Source: Escherichia phage ukendt
Length of the DNA stretch: 64,000 nucleotides
Strand: one strand, 5' to 3'
Sequence record: NC_052661.1
Both the position numbers and the translations under genes were made by a program. The notes beneath the pieces were generated by a model that ran no database searches, was not told where the DNA came from, and saw nothing but the letters and a program-made list of their open reading frames with translations. This document shows positions 36,548-46,344 of this stretch, in pieces. Numbering within the stretch: the first letter of the stretch is position 1; each line of letters starts with the position of its first letter.

Positions 36548-36856
36548 ATGAACGAATTATTCTCACAAGGTGGTAAGGGTTCAACAGGAATCCTAACCAA
36601 CAAGCAAGCAGTAGCCCGTCACTTTGGGGTTAAACAATCTGAGGTTGTTTACTTCTCAGTAGGTGCTCTGCTTACAGGTTACAAAGTCATCTATGACAAA
36701 GTGTCACAGAGGGCTTACTCATTACCTGCTGATATTGCCCCAGGTACTACTGCCATTAGTCTTAGTGCTGCTGTACTTGTGCATTCAGCGGGTTCTGTAG
36801 ACCTTGGGGAATTAGCTATATCTCGTGATTTAAAAAGTAATGAGAACGCACTATGA
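36548..36856 (+). CDS. orphan tail-spike module (homologous to an internal segment of the 41160..44213 spike)
   Basis: ARHFGVKQSEVVYFSVGALLTGYKVIYD...GSVDLGELAISR aligns with ARKYGLLDDEVAYATAGQSLTGIKALYD...GSVDLSALAVER in the 1017-aa spike; preceded by 580 bp without ORFs. Confidence 0.35.
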   Translation: MNELFSQGGKGSTGILTNKQAVARHFGVKQSEVVYFSVGALLTGYKVIYDKVSQRAYSLPADIAPGTTAISLSAAVLVHSAGSVDLGELAISRDLKSNENAL

Positions 36857-37095
36857 GAAAATTTTTAATAGGTATGTTCTGTACATATCCTGATAATAAA
36901 GTCAGTTCTACTAAAGTCTGGAACGCTGTAGGCATGTCGGTTATGACAGGCATGTTTATCTTTTTAGGAATAGAAAAAGAAATTCCTGAATGGATGGGTT
37001 GGGCTTTTGTTTTCATGATAACTCCTTCTCGCCTCATGAAAAATCTTATTGATTTACGCTGGGGCAGATCACAATCTACCAAAGAGGATGACTAA
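36853..37095 (+). CDS. small two-TM membrane protein (holin-like or exclusion-type)
   Basis: 80 aa; hydrophobic segments VWNAVGMSVMTGMFIFLGI and WMGWAFVFMITPSRL; charged C-terminus. Confidence 0.35.
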   Translation: MRKFLIGMFCTYPDNKVSSTKVWNAVGMSVMTGMFIFLGIEKEIPEWMGWAFVFMITPSRLMKNLIDLRWGRSQSTKEDD

Positions 37096-38582
37096 TGGAC
37101 GAATATGGTTTGACAGATGCGGGATTTGTAATCCCGACTTTTGACGATGTTTTAAACAACTACATGACAGCAGTAAAAAACACATTTGGTGCAGATGCAG
37201 CCACTTCGGAAGATACTGTGATCGGACAACTGTTTAGAATAATTGCATACACAGATTACACATTGTGGGAAGGTATGCAAGGGGTTTATAATACTCAAAC
37301 ACTGGATGGTGCAGAAGGTATTTATCTTGACGAAATCTTTTCTAAACGTGGTTTCTATCGAGCAGGGGCAGCAGCAAGTACAGGTTATGCCTATGTTAAG
37401 AGTAATAACAAAGCAGCTTGGACTTATGAGTTAGGCACAGATATTTACTTCAACTCTGATAGTGATATGAACTACTATGTTAGCACACCAACTATGTTGA
37501 ATGCTAAGATTGCAGCTTATCAAATTTCTCGTGCTAATGCAACTGCTACAGGTGTTCCAAATATTACTTTTTATGCACAAAGTGCGATAGATGGAGGACT
37601 AAACAGTAAAACACTTGCACCTGGTTCTTCTACATTTATAACCGATCTTGAAACTTTTATCAAGGCGAATTTAACAGAAGCTGATCGTAGTCTTGTATTT
37701 TCTGATTCAGGTAACTTATCAATTGGTTTTACTTCTTTAACCAGTGATACTCCAGTGGGGCTGGTAACTCCTATTAAATTTTATGCTAGTGTTCCGGTTG
37801 GAACCAAGTGGAGTGAGATTCCGGTAGTTGCAGCAGAGAAAGGATACAATCCTGTTGGTGTGGAGTCTATTACAGGGATATCTTCTACCTTTACAGGTTA
37901 TCTTGACAGTGGTAACTTTTATTCATTTTCTCCTGGTCGGGATGTTGAGACAGACGCAGAATTCCGCTCTCGTTTCAATGACAACGTTGATGAAGCTAAC
38001 GCAGGGACACGAGCAGCTATTGTGAAAGCTCTGTTACTTACAGATGGTGTTACTAAGGTGAAGATTTATGATAACCCTACATTACATGATCAAGAACACG
38101 CTCCAGCTATGACTTTCCAGACTATAGTTTATGGTGGCAGTGCAGAAGAAATTGCAAATGTTATCTATAAAACCAAACCAATCAACACTTTGACACACGG
38201 AACAACAAACATAACTGTTACAACGGAAGACGGAGGACAAGAAATTATTCGTTTTTCTCCTGGTGCTTCTGCTACATATTCCGTAAAACTTGTTTATCAA
38301 ACTGTCAACGGAACAACTTTAAGTGGAACAGAAAAACAAAACATTGTAGAAGCTTTACAAAACCTGCAAGCTTACTTTGAATTAGGTTCTTCAGTAACGA
38401 ACGATCAAATCAAAGGTGTTATTTATGCAGCACTTGCTTTTGGACGCTTGACTTCTCTTCGTGTTTATGTTAAACTTAATACTGAGGATGACAGTAAATA
38501 TACAGAGAATAATATAGTTCCTGCTTATAATGTTGTCCCTTCTTTTGACCTTGATAACATTTCTTACGAGTATGGAGTGTAA
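37095..38582 (+). CDS. baseplate wedge protein (J-like)
   Basis: 495 aa; position immediately upstream of a fibre gene and its assembly chaperone, matching the wedge-fibre-chaperone order of contractile-tail phages. Confidence 0.5.
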   Translation: MDEYGLTDAGFVIPTFDDVLNNYMTAVKNTFGADAATSEDTVIGQLFRIIAYTDYTLWEGMQGVYNTQTLDGAEGIYLDEIFSKRGFYRAGAAASTGYAYVKSNNKAAWTYELGTDIYFNSDSDMNYYVSTPTMLNAKIAAYQISRANATATGVPNITFYAQSAIDGGLNSKTLAPGSSTFITDLETFIKANLTEADRSLVFSDSGNLSIGFTSLTSDTPVGLVTPIKFYASVPVGTKWSEIPVVAAEKGYNPVGVESITGISSTFTGYLDSGNFYSFSPGRDVETDAEFRSRFNDNVDEANAGTRAAIVKALLLTDGVTKVKIYDNPTLHDQEHAPAMTFQTIVYGGSAEEIANVIYKTKPINTLTHGTTNITVTTEDGGQEIIRFSPGASATYSVKLVYQTVNGTTLSGTEKQNIVEALQNLQAYFELGSSVTNDQIKGVIYAALAFGRLTSLRVYVKLNTEDDSKYTENNIVPAYNVVPSFDLDNISYEYGV

Positions 38583-38584
38583 AA

Positions 38585-39214
38585 ATGGCAGTGAGTGTTG
38601 ACCATGTAACAACTTGGGCCAGTATCAATGAAGACGTTAAAAACCTTCTGATTGAAGATTTTAAATCTTCTCCTAACATTGTCAAGCTCCTCTACATCGT
38701 ATCCAGTGAAAAGCAAAAGATAGATCAGGCAATGATCTATCTTGCTAAACACCGCTTGATCTCCACAGCCACAGGCAAATACCTAGATATTTTAGGAGAA
38801 GAAATGGGGATTGAACGTAATGGCTCTGATGATGAAGAGTATAGAACAATATTAAAAATCAGGGCTTACCGCGTAGCCTCATCGGGGACTCGTGGTGACA
38901 TAATTGATATCTTCGCCCGTTTCACAGGGACAGAGCGTGAAACGCTTAATACTTATGTAGGTTTGAATAAAACCTTTGACGTGTTTTTCTACAACCTGTG
39001 TCTTCAATCTGATCAAGCTTTAGAGCAGTTACTAAGTGTTTTCCCTATTATTAGTAGCTACCGTCTTGGAGCAAAAGCAGGATCAGCTTTTGGTTTTAGT
39101 TCTTATTATGCTACCAAACCGCCTCATGGTATTGGTGGTTTAGGTTCCCTGTACATGGAATCTACTGGGGATGAAACAGGACGCATGTGTACGCTTCTCA
39201 AGCAAATAGATTAA
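38585..39214 (+). CDS. baseplate/tail-fibre-attachment protein (tentative)
   Basis: 209-aa ORF between the wedge gene and the fibre gene. Confidence 0.35.
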   Translation: MAVSVDHVTTWASINEDVKNLLIEDFKSSPNIVKLLYIVSSEKQKIDQAMIYLAKHRLISTATGKYLDILGEEMGIERNGSDDEEYRTILKIRAYRVASSGTRGDIIDIFARFTGTERETLNTYVGLNKTFDVFFYNLCLQSDQALEQLLSVFPIISSYRLGAKAGSAFGFSSYYATKPPHGIGGLGSLYMESTGDETGRMCTLLKQID

Positions 39215-39223
39215 GGAGTTTAA

Positions 39224-40255
39224 ATGGCGAAGCCAATATATTATCCTGACTGGGCTACACAAACTGTAACGCTCCCAGGAACTTTAAACACAAACAAAAT
39301 TAGACCTAAAGAAACTATCCGCACAGTCGGTATGGACTATGGTCAGATCATGACTTGCGAAGAAATGAACTGGATTCTTAATAATATCGGTTTGTGGATT
39401 CGTTATTTGGTTGATGATTTTATTCCTACTTTGCCTGATACTTACTTGCCTTTAGTGGGAACTAAGATTACAATGGCTGGTGATGCTACTGGTGAGGCTA
39501 CTTGGAATGGTAATAAAGAAGTTATTTTATCTATACAAGTTCAAGATAACAGCCATAATCACTTATCGGCAAACATTACAGACGCTACTAGTTCAATAGT
39601 AAAACCAAATGTATTGGTAAAACGTGATGCAGGTGGTGCTATTTACGGTGGTGATATTTATGTTAATGGCACTTCCACAACAGATCCTGCAACCCTGTTC
39701 TTCAAAAACTTTGCAGGACAAACAAATGGTGAGATTTCTGCCGAGTATCAAACCGGAGGCCAGCTTTACATCTATCGTAGAAATCCTAGCACAGGTGGCG
39801 TTGCGGCTGGCGTTCGTTTATATGATGCTGGTTATGTTCTAATTGACAATCCAAGATCGAATAGTGGACAAGATACTTCAAACGGAAACGCTTTGGTCCG
39901 CTTAGATTATTTGAACTCTCGTTTAAGCTCTCTTCAAAATACATTACAAACAAACATTAACAGTGTTCAAAATAATTTGAATAATGTTAATAGCAATTTA
40001 AATTCTCGTATTGATAATTTGCAAAACAGCTTACAAAGTCAGATAAACTCGCTTCAAAGTCAAGTGAATGCACGTGTAACGGCAGTTCGTATTAATGGAC
40101 GTATTCAGTTAGGTGTATCAGAATCCCCTTACTATGCTGGTCACGTTATGACTGGTTGGGCTTTCGGTGATAAGAAAGAACTTCGTGGTGCTTCTTATTG
40201 GTCTGGTCCATTGCAGTACTATGTAAATGGTAGATGGGTAACAGTAAGCTACTAA
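39224..40255 (+). CDS. tail fibre protein
   Basis: 343 aa; Asn/Gln/Ser/Leu heptad-like repeats (LQNSLQSQINSLQSQVNARV) typical of trimeric fibre shafts; followed by an assembly chaperone. Confidence 0.5.
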   Translation: MAKPIYYPDWATQTVTLPGTLNTNKIRPKETIRTVGMDYGQIMTCEEMNWILNNIGLWIRYLVDDFIPTLPDTYLPLVGTKITMAGDATGEATWNGNKEVILSIQVQDNSHNHLSANITDATSSIVKPNVLVKRDAGGAIYGGDIYVNGTSTTDPATLFFKNFAGQTNGEISAEYQTGGQLYIYRRNPSTGGVAAGVRLYDAGYVLIDNPRSNSGQDTSNGNALVRLDYLNSRLSSLQNTLQTNINSVQNNLNNVNSNLNSRIDNLQNSLQSQINSLQSQVNARVTAVRINGRIQLGVSESPYYAGHVMTGWAFGDKKELRGASYWSGPLQYYVNGRWVTVSY

Positions 40256-40270
40256 GTAGGAGAATAAATA

Positions 40271-40810
40271 ATGAATATTGTTTACGATGGTTTTGAACTA
40301 TATACTCCAGAACCTAATGAAGAGACGCTCTTTTTAATTGGTTTAGGGGTAGGATTTTTAAGAGATTCCTCTGGCAGGGATTGGTATGATTTATCGAAAG
40401 AGTTAGATGCTAAGTATCCTGATGCATATTTTGTTAGTTTAAATACTGATAACTTAGTCTTAGGTGTAGGGGAAGATGCAGTAGGATTATTCCCCCACAA
40501 TATGCGTGTTGTTGTTACAGATAACGTTCCAAAAGGTATGGCTGAATACCCAAGACAATGGAGATATAATGGAACAACTTTTGAAAAACATAACACTTGG
40601 ACGCAAGAAGATGTGGATACTACACTAGAGACAGAATTGACGTGGGCTGGAAACCAAATAGGTGCTTTGACAGATTTGCAAGAGTTACAAGGTTTGTCAG
40701 AGGAACAAGAAAAATGGTTAAAAGCTGTTAAGTTATATCGAGCATCTTTAGTTTTGTTAGATCTGAAAGACTTGAACAACATTCAATGGCCCGATAGACC
40801 TACTCAGTAA
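40271..40810 (+). CDS. tail fibre assembly chaperone
   Basis: 179 aa; C-terminal LYRASLVLLDLKDLNNIQWPDRP resembles the conserved end of fibre-assembly proteins; sits right after a fibre gene. Confidence 0.6.
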   Translation: MNIVYDGFELYTPEPNEETLFLIGLGVGFLRDSSGRDWYDLSKELDAKYPDAYFVSLNTDNLVLGVGEDAVGLFPHNMRVVVTDNVPKGMAEYPRQWRYNGTTFEKHNTWTQEDVDTTLETELTWAGNQIGALTDLQELQGLSEEQEKWLKAVKLYRASLVLLDLKDLNNIQWPDRPTQ

Positions 40811-40820
40811 GGGATACAGT

Positions 40821-41156
40821 ATGGAATTTCAAGAAGCATGGGGACTTGCCAAGGATGCAATCATCCCTTTAATCGGAGTCATCTGGTTCTTTTTCAAACA
40901 AAAAATGGATAAATTCGGCTCTGATCTTGAGGAAATGGAGGAGAAAAGTCGAGAGCTAGAGAAGAAGTTGGTCTTTGTTGAATCAACTTATGCAACTAAA
41001 GCCGAACTTACCCAGATGCTAAATCAAATTAACTCTACATTAATGGCAAATAATAACACTCTTGAGCAAAAAATTGAAAAGATTATGGACCTCAAGAATG
41101 CGACTATTCAAATGATGCTAGATGACATAGTTAAACGTACACAGAATAAGGGGTAA
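40821..41156 (+). CDS. small membrane-anchored coiled-coil protein
   Basis: 111 aa; N-terminal hydrophobic segment AIIPLIGVIWFFF then a charged coiled-coil. Confidence 0.3.
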   Translation: MEFQEAWGLAKDAIIPLIGVIWFFFKQKMDKFGSDLEEMEEKSRELEKKLVFVESTYATKAELTQMLNQINSTLMANNNTLEQKIEKIMDLKNATIQMMLDDIVKRTQNKG

Positions 41157-41159
41157 TTA

Positions 41160-44100
41160 ATGGCAACATTCCCAACATATCCAGCAACGTCTCTTGAACA
41201 GGGCGTAGATCTGGTTATTTTCTCGTCTAACCAACTCCATGATGTTATTAATGGAAGTGCTACAGAGAGTATTGAAACAGAATCAGGGTTGATACCAACC
41301 CTGAGAAAAGCCCTTGTTGACAACTTTTTCTTTAAAAGCCCATTAGATTGGGCGCAAGGCACAAACGAAACAGTTTTTAACCAACTTCGTTATTTCCAGA
41401 ATGGAGTATTGAGCGGTTATTACTACGCCCCTAACGCTACATTGGTTAACCCAATCCCTATGCAAGGGACTCCAGTAGGAGATAACAACTGGGTATTGTG
41501 GGGACTGAAAACAGAACAATTGGCAACAGAAGTCACCCCTTGGGTATATTCTGGTGCAACTGGTTATGAAACAGTAATCAGTCCTCCCTACATCTTTGAT
41601 AGTGCTATTGTTACGATCAATGGTGTTATTCAGGTTCTGGGAGAAGCTTTCCGCATAGAAGATAGTAAGATCATCTTATCTGAACCTTTGGGACACGATC
41701 CTGCGACAGGACTGCCAAACAAGCTTTTTGCTTATATTGGTAAAATCGTAGCTTCAGCAGATACAGATCCTAACCTAGAGAATCGTCTTGTTAGTTTAGA
41801 AACAAAAACGGAAGAACTAACAGAAAGCATGGATAAAGTCCCTCTGCAAACTATTGCTCGTAAATATGGTTTGTTAGATGATGAGGTAGCTTATGCTACA
41901 GCGGGTCAATCATTAACAGGGATTAAAGCTCTGTATGATCCAGTAGCACAATCTTCCTACACATTGCCTCCTAACATTACAGGGACGTTAACATCTTTGT
42001 CTGTTTCTGGAGTAATGACTTATTCTGGTGGTTCTGTAGATCTTTCTGCACTAGCTGTTGAACGTGGACAATTTGTTCATTTACCTACAAGCTTTGGTAA
42101 TAACGTAACCTTGACAGCTAAAAACCAGACGATTGGACGTGGTGCTGGTCGATATCGTTGGGCTGGAAGTTTACCAAAAAGTATTTTGGCCTCCGATACA
42201 TTGGAGACAAGCGGTGGATTAGGTCCAAATGCATGGGTTCTGACCAATACAGAAGGACTGTTAACCCCTCGTGGTGGAACATACAACGATTTATTCGATG
42301 TTGTCTACTTGTCAGAATTTGCTAACAACACAACAACATATACCACACCAGAAGCAGCTTTCCAAGCGGCACTGTTAGCAGCAAAAGCTTCGAAAAGCAA
42401 GATTCTCGATGCTTACGGTTGCGATATGACTTTCACGACAAGCTCTTTTGATATTCAAGGTATCACTTTGCGTGGGGGTGTGTTCCGTGGTCAACGCGAC
42501 TATCGTGTGCAAAATGCTACAGTAGAAGGCACAACTTTCCGTAACTCTCGTGTTATGTATTGGGGTGGTGCTGTGCGCATGTTCGATTGTTTGTGGGACG
42601 GTGCTCCTCGCGCAGGTCAAGTTGGTAGCTTGGTATTCCAAGGCAACCCAATATCAGGTACTTTTGAAATTGATAATTGTACTTTTAAAAACGGGTTGTA
42701 TGGCATCCTTCAACAAGGAACAGGGGAACCAGTAACACGCGGTGTCTTCCGTAACCTTACCTTCATGGACATGCAAGGTGATGCAATAGAACTGAACGTC
42801 ATCAATAAACATTATGATGATGGTTGTGTGATTGAGAATATTTACCTGTCTAATATCGATGGGACTAACGCTCCTATTCCTCTGTCCAACTGGGGTATCG
42901 GTATTGGTGTAGCTGGTAAAGGACCATATGGTTACGGAATTCCTGATGATCAATATTGCAAGAATATTACAATTCGTAACGTTTTTGCAAAACGTTGTCG
43001 TCAGATTGTCCACGTAGAAGTTGGTCGTAATATTTCTATCGAAAACATTCATGGCGATCCAGATCAAACTGTATCTGTTGGAACAGGTTTGGCAACTGGC
43101 GCAGTTGTAATGTATGGAAGTAAAGATTTTACGATTGATGGTGTTTATGGAGAGCCTAAAACAGACGGTAGCACACTTGCAAGTAATATCCGTATGATTT
43201 ATTTGGAGTGGGGAACTAACGCAGTTCTGGACGAAGAGGGTAATCCGGTAGTTCCGGCACAGGGTAGACCTTCAAACCCATGCTTTAACTATTCTGTTCG
43301 TAACATTCACACCAAAACTGGGCGGGTTTTTGCAGGAGTTTCCGCTGGGCCAGGTTATGAAAACAGAGTCAGCTTTGAGAATATCCGTTGTGCTGCGTTG
43401 CAGTTGTTCGGTGTAGCTTCTTGGCTTTCAATGTCTAACATCACCTGTAATATCTTTGATTGTGTTGGTCAACCTGAATCTGGTCCAGGGACATTTTATG
43501 ATGGATTCTTCCGTAGAGAAAAATCTGTTCTTGAGATGGTTAACGTAAACTGTTACCCAGATGGCAAGACGATGGTTACTGGTCGTCCACAGTGGAGCCG
43601 TTGCCGTTACTCGGATATTCATCGTGTCAACTGTAATGTTGAAGCTAATATGTATACCAATATCGCAGGTGGTATTGGAGCTATTGTAGGGACAACTGGC
43701 AAAGTTTATTACTTAGAGCCTAACCCTAGCCGAAACATTGATGGGATGCATTTCCCAACAGGGAAGGAGTTTGACAAAGGGGATATGATAGTCAAAGCGG
43801 ATAATACGTTCTTCCTTGTAACAACAAGCGGGGCATACATTCCAGATATCCCAGCTTTCGGTATTCGAGCTACACAAGCAGGAGATACCTTCCTGACACA
43901 GAACTTGACTCCTAATGGGACAGCAACAAACGCTTCTTGGTTGTATCACTATCCTCTGTCAGCAGGAACACGTATCCGTATTCCTGGTGCTGGTGTAGGT
44001 GGAGCAGATTTGGACACAGTTATTACTCGTGCACCTTATCAAGATAATGATACGTGGACTAACCCAGTTAAAATAGACATTGCAGATCCAATTGTAACGC

Positions 44101-44213
44101 CTACGAGTGCTGGAGTTAGAATCAAAACCATACCTAACGATTCTAGTAATGTTTCTGTAGGTAATACTGCGGTTATTCGCCCAACACCAGTGGTAGATGT
44201 GCCAACAACCTAA
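41160..44213 (+). CDS. tailspike with parallel beta-helix domain
   Basis: 1017 aa; repetitive beta-helix-like segments (NCTFKNGLYGIL, NITIRNVFAKRC, NISIENIHGD); shares N-proximal modules with two other spike genes. Confidence 0.6.
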   Translation: MATFPTYPATSLEQGVDLVIFSSNQLHDVINGSATESIETESGLIPTLRKALVDNFFFKSPLDWAQGTNETVFNQLRYFQNGVLSGYYYAPNATLVNPIPMQGTPVGDNNWVLWGLKTEQLATEVTPWVYSGATGYETVISPPYIFDSAIVTINGVIQVLGEAFRIEDSKIILSEPLGHDPATGLPNKLFAYIGKIVASADTDPNLENRLVSLETKTEELTESMDKVPLQTIARKYGLLDDEVAYATAGQSLTGIKALYDPVAQSSYTLPPNITGTLTSLSVSGVMTYSGGSVDLSALAVERGQFVHLPTSFGNNVTLTAKNQTIGRGAGRYRWAGSLPKSILASDTLETSGGLGPNAWVLTNTEGLLTPRGGTYNDLFDVVYLSEFANNTTTYTTPEAAFQAALLAAKASKSKILDAYGCDMTFTTSSFDIQGITLRGGVFRGQRDYRVQNATVEGTTFRNSRVMYWGGAVRMFDCLWDGAPRAGQVGSLVFQGNPISGTFEIDNCTFKNGLYGILQQGTGEPVTRGVFRNLTFMDMQGDAIELNVINKHYDDGCVIENIYLSNIDGTNAPIPLSNWGIGIGVAGKGPYGYGIPDDQYCKNITIRNVFAKRCRQIVHVEVGRNISIENIHGDPDQTVSVGTGLATGAVVMYGSKDFTIDGVYGEPKTDGSTLASNIRMIYLEWGTNAVLDEEGNPVVPAQGRPSNPCFNYSVRNIHTKTGRVFAGVSAGPGYENRVSFENIRCAALQLFGVASWLSMSNITCNIFDCVGQPESGPGTFYDGFFRREKSVLEMVNVNCYPDGKTMVTGRPQWSRCRYSDIHRVNCNVEANMYTNIAGGIGAIVGTTGKVYYLEPNPSRNIDGMHFPTGKEFDKGDMIVKADNTFFLVTTSGAYIPDIPAFGIRATQAGDTFLTQNLTPNGTATNASWLYHYPLSAGTRIRIPGAGVGGADLDTVITRAPYQDNDTWTNPVKIDIADPIVTPTSAGVRIKTIPNDSSNVSVGNTAVIRPTPVVDVPTT

Positions 44214-44222
44214 TGGAAATAG

Positions 44223-44242
44223 AGAGGGGGAAATCCCCCTCT
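44223..44242 (+). terminator. hairpin after the spike gene (putative terminator)
   Basis: AGAGGGGG-AAAT-CCCCCTCT; pyrimidine-rich but weak U-tract. Confidence 0.4.
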
Positions 44243-44278
44243 TCTTCCAATAGAATGGTCTAATAATAGGAGAGATAA

Positions 44279-46303
44279 ATGAATTTAACAAGACCTAATA
44301 GTGCGATAGCCGATCTGGTAGAAGCTACTTATCGAAAACGTCGCAGTTTTGAGGCAGGTTTTACATTACGTAATTCCCGTGAAGTTTTGCTGTTAGCAGC
44401 AGAAGGGAATTATTACCAATGGAAAGGAACTTTTCCTAAAGTAGTTCCAGCAAACTCTACGCCAGCCACCACAGGTGGTATTTCTTCCCTTGCATGGCAA
44501 AGTGTTGGGACCGCTGATGATATAGCAATTATCAATGCCAAGTTTACGGCAGTGCAACAACAGATCGATGATTTGTCAGAAGCAATACCTGAAGCTGGTA
44601 AATCGGCTTATCAGATCGCACTTGATAATGGTTTTGTTGGAACAGAAGCCCAGTGGCTTGCTTCTTTGAAAGGGGATACTGGTGCTCAACTTAATATTAA
44701 GGGATCATTAGCAAGCACTAGTGAACTACCATCTACAGGTAACATTGCAGGAGATGGTTATATCGTAGGTGATGTGATTTACGCTTGGGATGGTTCTGTT
44801 TGGAAACTTATTTCTTCTCTTGGGCCAGAAGGGAAATCAGCTTATGAGGTATGGTTGGCAGATGGTAATACAGGATCTGTTTATGATTTTCTTACCTCTA
44901 TAAAAGGTGATAAAGGTGATGTTGGTCCTACAGGGCCACAGGGAGCACCTGGTGTTAACGCCAACGGTTTTGATTATCGTGGGGATTTGCCTTCTACAAG
45001 TAACTTACCACAACCTAACTCTGAAAACGTAAGCCAAGCGTACTCTATCGATGGTAATCTTTATGTCTCTAATGGGACAGCTTGGGTCAACATGGGTAAT
45101 ATTGTTGGTCCTCAAGGCCCACAAGGTGAGGCAGGTAAAGACGGTCTAGATGGAACAGATGGAGACGAAGGGAAATCTGCATATCAAAGTTGGCTGGACG
45201 CTGGTAATGAAGGGACAGAAGTAGATTTTGTTGCTTCCTTAAAAGGAGAGAAGGGTGACAAAGGAGATAAGGGAGATCCTGGTCCACAAGGTGAACAGGG
45301 TGTTCAAGGTATCCAAGGTCCGGTTGGTGCAGGTCTTTCTGTAAATGGTGAATTGTCAGATGTTTCAGAATTACCTTCTGTAGCGGAGGTTGGTGATGCC
45401 TACATTGTAAAAAATGACCTTTACGTGTGGATCGACGACAATCAAACGTGGCTCAATGTAGGTAGTTTGGGTGGTAGATCTATTACAGCTAAAGGTCATG
45501 TTGCAAACGGCGAAGCTCTTCCTGTTTATAATAACTATGGTGATGCTTACTTAACTGAAGACACTAGTAATCTTTACATCTATACCTACGATCAAGACAC
45601 CAATTCCGCATCTTTTGTTGACATGGGAAGTATTAAAGGCGACAAAGGTGAAAAAGGGGATAAAGGAGATAAGGGTGATCCTGGAACAAACGGAACCAAC
45701 GGTACTGATGGGACCAACGGTAAGGACGGCGCACAGTGGTTTGTAGCAACAACTAATCCAGTCGCAGGAGACGGTGTTATCAATGATTACGCCTTCAATA
45801 CTACCACTGGAGCAGTGTTTAAGAAAACAGATTCTTCTACGTGGACGCTTATAGGAACTCTTCCTAGTATACCAGAAGCCCCTCAAGACGGCTTGACGTA
45901 TGGTAGGTCTGATGGAAACTGGATCGAAATATCAGGATCAGATCCTACGGAAGCTATAACACCAACTAGAGTTACAGCAGGTTTCATGGAACTTGAAACA
46001 ACTACTGCCAACTCTGGAGCATCTTGGACTCCTTCTGGAACTTCCAATATGTATGTTGTTACAGTAACTGATGCTCTGACAGTTGGAGCATGGCCTGGTG
46101 TCACTGGCTCTACAAAACCTAAAGCGTTTTCAGCAATGATTTATTTGATTCAAGATACAACGGGACACACGGTTACACTAGATGCGTCTTATGGAGCACT
46201 AAATGATACAGAAATAGCAACTACTGCTAACGCAGTAACAATTTTGCAATTAACGTATCCTGGTGTGGGTGATATCGTGGACATGGTTGTTGTAACACGA
46301 TAG
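44279..46303 (+). CDS. tail fibre with collagen-like Gly-X-Y tracts and repeated fibre modules
   Basis: 674 aa; Gly-X-Y runs at residues ~209-229, 277-299, 322-352, 452-483; three copies of a ~29-aa module GKSAYQ..L..G...E..W/F L.S.KGD. Confidence 0.6.
   Translation: MNLTRPNSAIADLVEATYRKRRSFEAGFTLRNSREVLLLAAEGNYYQWKGTFPKVVPANSTPATTGGISSLAWQSVGTADDIAIINAKFTAVQQQIDDLSEAIPEAGKSAYQIALDNGFVGTEAQWLASLKGDTGAQLNIKGSLASTSELPSTGNIAGDGYIVGDVIYAWDGSVWKLISSLGPEGKSAYEVWLADGNTGSVYDFLTSIKGDKGDVGPTGPQGAPGVNANGFDYRGDLPSTSNLPQPNSENVSQAYSIDGNLYVSNGTAWVNMGNIVGPQGPQGEAGKDGLDGTDGDEGKSAYQSWLDAGNEGTEVDFVASLKGEKGDKGDKGDPGPQGEQGVQGIQGPVGAGLSVNGELSDVSELPSVAEVGDAYIVKNDLYVWIDDNQTWLNVGSLGGRSITAKGHVANGEALPVYNNYGDAYLTEDTSNLYIYTYDQDTNSASFVDMGSIKGDKGEKGDKGDKGDPGTNGTNGTDGTNGKDGAQWFVATTNPVAGDGVINDYAFNTTTGAVFKKTDSSTWTLIGTLPSIPEAPQDGLTYGRSDGNWIEISGSDPTEAITPTRVTAGFMELETTTANSGASWTPSGTSNMYVVTVTDALTVGAWPGVTGSTKPKAFSAMIYLIQDTTGHTVTLDASYGALNDTEIATTANAVTILQLTYPGVGDIVDMVVVTR
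45242..45334 (+). repeat. collagen-like Gly-X-Y coding repeat
   Basis: Encodes LKGEKGDKGDKGDPGPQGEQGVQGIQGPVGAG. Confidence 0.6.
45632..45727 (+). repeat. collagen-like Gly-X-Y coding repeat
   Basis: Encodes IKGDKGEKGDKGDKGDPGTNGTNGTDGTNGKDG. Confidence 0.6.
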
Positions 46304-46306
46304 TAG

Positions 46307-46331
46307 AAGCCCCGAAAGGGGCTTTCTTTTT
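46307..46331 (+). terminator. rho-independent terminator
   Basis: AAGCCCC-GAAA-GGGGCTT then TCTTTTTA. Confidence 0.7.
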
Positions 46332-46344
46332 ATGGAGGGTTTAA

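Noticed and set aside
40282-40782. 166-aa minus-strand ORF within the fibre assembly chaperone gene
   Set aside because: Antisense to a gene with a conserved chaperone C-terminus and good RBS; no translation signals of its own.
44279-46303. Possible CRISPR array or diversity-generating retroelement suggested by internal nucleotide repeats in the fibre gene
   Set aside because: Repeats are in-frame Gly-X-Y and protein-module repeats, not direct repeats with unique spacers; no cas genes and no reverse transcriptase or template repeat anywhere in the window.
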